Shown here piece after piece: positions 59,296 through 64,000 of a DNA stretch of 64,000 nt (positions are counted from its first letter, which is position 1; each line of letters starts with the position of its first letter). A program made the position numbers and the translations under genes. This stretch comes from Piromyces finnis finn (taxonomy: Eukaryota; Fungi; Neocallimastigomycota): positions 1,550,001 through 1,614,000 of the forward strand of contig MCFH01000003.1 in the NCBI GenBank assembly GCA_002104945.1, written 5' to 3'. Below the pieces are notes generated by a model that saw only the letters and a program-made list of their open reading frames with translations, ran no database searches and was not told the DNA's origin.

Positions 59296-61210
59296 CAACA
59301 ACAATAATAATAATAATGTATTTACCCAAAATAGAAACATTTTAAATAGAAGTAATAATCCATTATTATTTTATAGCCCGTTAATTCATCAAGCAATTGT
59401 CGAAAGATTAAATAATCATACAAATAATAATAGTAATATAAATAATTCAAATGCGACTGGAAATACAGCTAATAATGCGAACATAGGTAGTAATACAGCA
59501 AACACAAATAATTCAAGTAATATCAATGATTCAAATAATGGCATTCAACAAGGATCTAATAATAGATCTGCAACAATAAGTACTGAATTTATTCCAATAT
59601 CTTTCAGATTTCAATTGCCATTAAATAATGAACCACTTATGCTCTATGAAGATTTATTAGAATTAGGTGAATTATTCGAAAATGTAAGAACTCGTAATGC
59701 TACAGAAGCAGATTTACAACGTGATCATTCCCTATACACATATGATGCTAAGAAAAAGACTTTTATACTCAAAGAAGAAAAGAAAACGAAAGAAACATCA
59801 AAAAATAAGAAAGAAGCATCAAAAAATGAGGCCAGTTCTTCCTCATCTTCAACAGCCATAAATGGAAAAGCATCCACAACATCAAATACATCAAAGAAAC
59901 AAAAAGAAAAAGAAAAGGTGGAGAGTATAGTAAAGGAAGATGATAATACATCACCTACCTTTGGAAAGAATAAAACAGTAGGTATTAGGGAAATGTTAGG
60001 ATCTACTGGTAATTCATGTACTATCTGTTTATGTGAATATGAAGATAAAGATGAAATAAGAGTTTTACATTGTAAGCATGCTTTCCATAAACAATGTATT
60101 GATGAATGGATTTCCAAATATGTAAACAATTGTCCAATTTGTCGTGGTAATGGTGTTCAAAGAGAAAATACCAATCGTTTCTCCTCCTCCTCAATACGTA
60201 TGAACAATAATAATAACAATAATAATAATAATAATGATAATAACAGCGATACAAATCATGTAAATAATAATCATTCAAATCCAACCACCAATAGACCATA
60301 TTCCATTTTTACGTCTGGTTTAAGTCTAGGCAATCTATTCCAACCACACTCTCAAACTCGTCTTAATAATGCTAATGCAAATGCTAATACTAATACGGAT
60401 ACTAATTCCTATTTTCCTTCTATACAAATAAATAATCTTAGATCTGGAACAGAATCTTTATTAAATACTCAGTCTAATGCTAATCCTATAGTTATTGAAA
60501 TTGATTTTGGAGGTGATAATCGTTCTCCCCTTAATATTTCAAATACGGCTAGAGGTCGTAATGACGGAAACAATACAAGAACAAATTCCACCGCCACCAC
60601 TACCACCAATACAACTGCTAACACCGCTAATACCACCACTACCACTACCACCAATACAACCACTAACAACACCAATAGAACCACCACCACCACCACTACT
60701 ACTACTTCCACCAATACTACTACCAACACAAATAATAATGGTGTAAATGCAAATCAGAATAATCATCATAGTATCAATATTAGCCCAGGTTCATTATTAT
60801 TTGGATCTACCATTACTATTAATCCTGAACAATTCATTGACAGCGATCACCATGATCGTGAAAGAAGATTAATTTTAAATTTCTTTGAACCTTCAGAGAG
60901 TAATAATAATAATAATGATAGTAATTCAAATAGTAATACTCATCGAAGCAACACCAACAATTCAAACAATACCCAAACTAATAATAATACCAACACTAAT
61001 CGTTCCTCCCCAAATGTAAGCTTATCTAGTATCATTAATTCAGCTCGTAATAACAATTCTTCTTTTAGATTTAATTTAATGGACTTTGACCTTCAACCCA
61101 CTCAACGTCATTCAACATCTTCCAACACATCAAGTAATAATGAATCCAATACCACAAACACTACTTCTAAAGATACTACCAAAACCAATTCTAATTCAAA
61201 TAAAAATTAA
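56712..61210 (+). CDS. Large N/S/T-rich RING-H2 E3 ubiquitin ligase (RNF38/44/Arkadia-like), ~1398 aa, 2 exons
   Basis: Exons 56712-56895 and 57198-61210 join in frame. RING-H2 CTIC-LCEYEDKDEIRVLH-CKHAFH-KQC-IDEWISKYVNN-CPIC at ~60017-60142; upstream YEDLLELGE motif is typical of this RING-H2 group; exon 1 has NLS-like KRKRE. Confidence 0.9.
57005..57121. repeat. Tandem duplication of ~47 bp (period ~68 bp) in the RING gene intron
   Basis: ttgatattaattattatgttattattattattatttcttttatattt at ~57005 and ~57073. Confidence 0.85.
59180..59317 (+). repeat. Coding (AAY)46 poly-asparagine tract
   Basis: 138 nt of AAT/AAC in frame within the RING ORF. Confidence 0.95.
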
Positions 61211-62476
61211 TTTTTTTTTTTTTTTTTTTATAATTTTAAAAAACAAATAATGATTATTTATTGATTTATACATCAACATAAACCAATATTTATTTTATAT
61301 AATATCACCACTTTTTTAATTTCATTTTTAATAAAATTTAATATTTATATGGATAATTAATTACTAAAGGATTATTATTATTTTTTTTTTATTTTAATTC
61401 ATTTGGAAAATAAAAAATAAATAAAATCTATTATCCTATTTTATTTTTATATACTACTACTACTACTACTACTACTAATAAAAGAATTATAATAACAATA
61501 AATGATAATGATCATAATAAATAAATAAATACATGAATAAATGATAATAATAATAATAATAATAATTTTATAATTATTATTGTTATTTATTATTATTATT
61601 ATTATTATTATTTTTTTTTTTCTTTATTAACAAGTCTTTTTTTTTTTTTTTTTTTTTTATATGAAAATAAAAAAATTAAGATTTTTATTTATTTTTAATA
61701 CTAAAAGAGATAATATATAAATGAATGAATGAACGAATGACTATACAAATATAATAAATAAATAAGTCTTAAAGGCTCAAATGGGATGGGTTTAAATATG
61801 GTCATTTTACTAATGAATATTATAAAGTATTACATTTATTTAATAATAATGATTAATATGGCTAGTAATAATTTGTAATATAATGCATGCGTAATAATCA
61901 GTGCCTACATGATTATTCACATATTCTAACAAACAATAAAGTAAACAATATTATAAATAAATAAATAAATAAGTATTATATATAACCTTGATTAAGATAT
62001 GATTATCACTGCTTTAGTAATACTTGTTTTATTATTAAGAGTTACTTAGATTAGCAAGTTACAAAGTTGCTAGTGTAAAATAAATACATAATGAATGTAT
62101 TTTATATGTTTATAATGTGGCTTATACATTTAATTTACATTATATATTCTGAAAAATGTATAAACCATTGAATAACTAGAATTATTTTTATTCAAAGCTA
62201 TGCAAAAGCACTTTGCCCATTTTATCATTTTAAATTTTTAAAAAGAAAGAAAAAAAAAATAAAATAAAAATTATTTTTATTTTTTTTTCTTAGTTAATAT
62301 ATCATACTTTAAATAGTATTGTTATTTATTCATTATTATTTAATTGTTATTGTTAAAATAATCATTTTTATAATAAATACTTTTTTTTTTTTGCAACAAT
62401 AAAATATTTTATTTGAGGGTAAAATTGCTATCAATCTTGGAATAATCAAAAATATCAATAGAAATAAACCTCTCCC

Positions 62477-62507
<31 letters not shown>

Positions 62508-62511
62508 ATAT

Positions 62512-63823
62512 ATGGATATTTTAGAAAAAGAAGATAAATTTGTATATACCCATTCACAAATAATAAGAGTATCATGTAAATTAAATTCAAAATCCTCAGA
62601 GGAAAAAAAAAAACCTTTAAATATTTTTTCTCAATTTCAAATTGACTATTTTGAACTTGACCATACACCAGATACCAAAACAAGTAAAAAAAGTCATAAT
62701 GAATTTTCAAAAAAACATCATATTAATATAAAAAAATGGATATGTACTGGTTCTTTACCTCTTTTAGATTTATTTAAACAATTTCAATTGGATAAAACAA
62801 CTTCAACTTTATGGCATTGGGATTTAAAAATTTTACATCATTGGAATGATGGACTGTAACTATATATATATATATTTTCTTTCTCCTATTAATAAATTCA
62901 TTAAAAAAAAAAAAATTCATTATTTATTTTTATATACTATATATAGAATATAAATAATATAAATATATTAAATTTCATTTTTCAATATTAATTAGTTATT
63001 TAACATTTTGATAGTTGACATTTGAAATTTTCTTTTTCTTTTTTTTTTTTTTATTTTTTTAAAAAAAAAAATAATAAAATTTAAAAAGAAATTCAAGATA
63101 CATATATATTTAATTCAATCACTAAGATAATTTTTATTATATTTGTATATATGTATATATGTATTTATTTGCTTTATATAGATATTATCCCACCTTGGTT
63201 TTTGTACTTGATAATTTTGAAATTTTAACTTTTAAATTACCAAATCATTTTTCAGAATTAGAATGGACATGTCAATGCCATATAAACTATCAGCTTTCAC
63301 GTCATAAAAATGAATTAAGTGGTTTGAAGATACAGGAAAACTATTCAAAAAAATATTTTCAATTTAATAGTTTTGACGGTCCTTTGATTCAATTATCAAT
63401 AGCTCTTTCACCAAATTCGTCTTCCATACCTTCATCGTCTACTCTTCCAATGACTTATTTTATTTATGATACATTTCCTATTTTGGAGGTATTATTTCCA
63501 TGTTGGTTTATTCAAGCTATTCCTATTCATGAGGATGCTATAGAATTTCAATTTTATAGAAATTATTCAGAAAAAAAGTATTTTTGGATACGAGAAAATG
63601 AAGAGGAATCAGATCGGGAAGCTGAATCCATCATAAAATTAATTTCTGAACATTATGATAGTCCTTCTTCTTCCTTTATTTATTCTATGTCAGATATTTC
63701 TTTTGTCGTTAAAGATGATCAAGAAACCACTATTCTTGGAACGAAAAAGAAAACTTGTATTTGGATCGATTCAAATTTTAATATTCGTCAAACGCTTCTT
63801 TTGCCTCATATACCCATTGAATT
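62512..63823 (+). CDS. 5' part of a multi-exon hypothetical protein, probably continuing past the window end
   Basis: Exon 62512-62855 (GGA CT|gtaact) joins in frame with 63182-63823 (tag|A TAT TAT CCC...GAA TT|gtaaaa); alternating hydrophobic beta-strand pattern suggests a beta-propeller. Confidence 0.75.
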
Positions 63824-64000
63824 GTAAAAACTATTTATATATATATAAAATACTTTTTTTTTTTTTTTTCTATTCTTATTTATAATTCTATTTTGTAATT
63901 TGTTTTTTATTTTCTATTTATTTTTTTTTTTCTTTAAAAAAAAAAAAAATTATATTACTTAATTATTTAAAATATATATATATATATATATATCTTTTTT

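Noticed and set aside
58309-60769. Several overlapping ORFs within the RING gene (58309-58704, 59035-59345, 59725-60129, 60469-60769)
   Set aside because: Alternative-frame or antisense readings of low-complexity coding sequence with no independent motifs.

Overview
Eukaryotic, extremely AT-rich, intron-dense genomic DNA. Base composition, poly-N/poly-A tracts, giant microsatellites and fungal-type genes alongside flagellar genes point to an anaerobic gut fungus (Neocallimastigomycota); this is inferred, not proven. I reconstructed about 13 protein-coding genes by hand by joining GT-AG introns in frame: an unnamed conserved fungal nuclear protein, an orphan ORF, meckelin/TMEM67 (19 exons), a zf-MYND+TPR-like protein, Nop12/RBM34, an Ulp1/SENP SUMO protease, glutamate-cysteine ligase (Gsh1), CFAP221/PCDP1, a probable securin, SmB, a UBTD1/2-like protein, a Bsd2-like adaptor, a ~1400-aa RING-H2 E3 ligase, and a partial gene running off the 3' end. 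I found no transposon, rRNA, tRNA, CRISPR array or horizontally acquired cluster. Most of the long low-complexity ORFs in the track are microsatellite artefacts or antisense shadows. No clear multi-gene novel system is evident. The most interesting points are the unnamed NLS-bearing conserved protein, the candidate securin, the SIM-containing RING ligase, frame-required microexons (one carrying an RNP1 core), splice acceptors preceded by poly-A rather than pyrimidines, a Cys/His-rich insertion in Gsh1, and an X-box-like palindrome upstream of TMEM67. Exon coordinates were counted by hand and may be off by a few bases.
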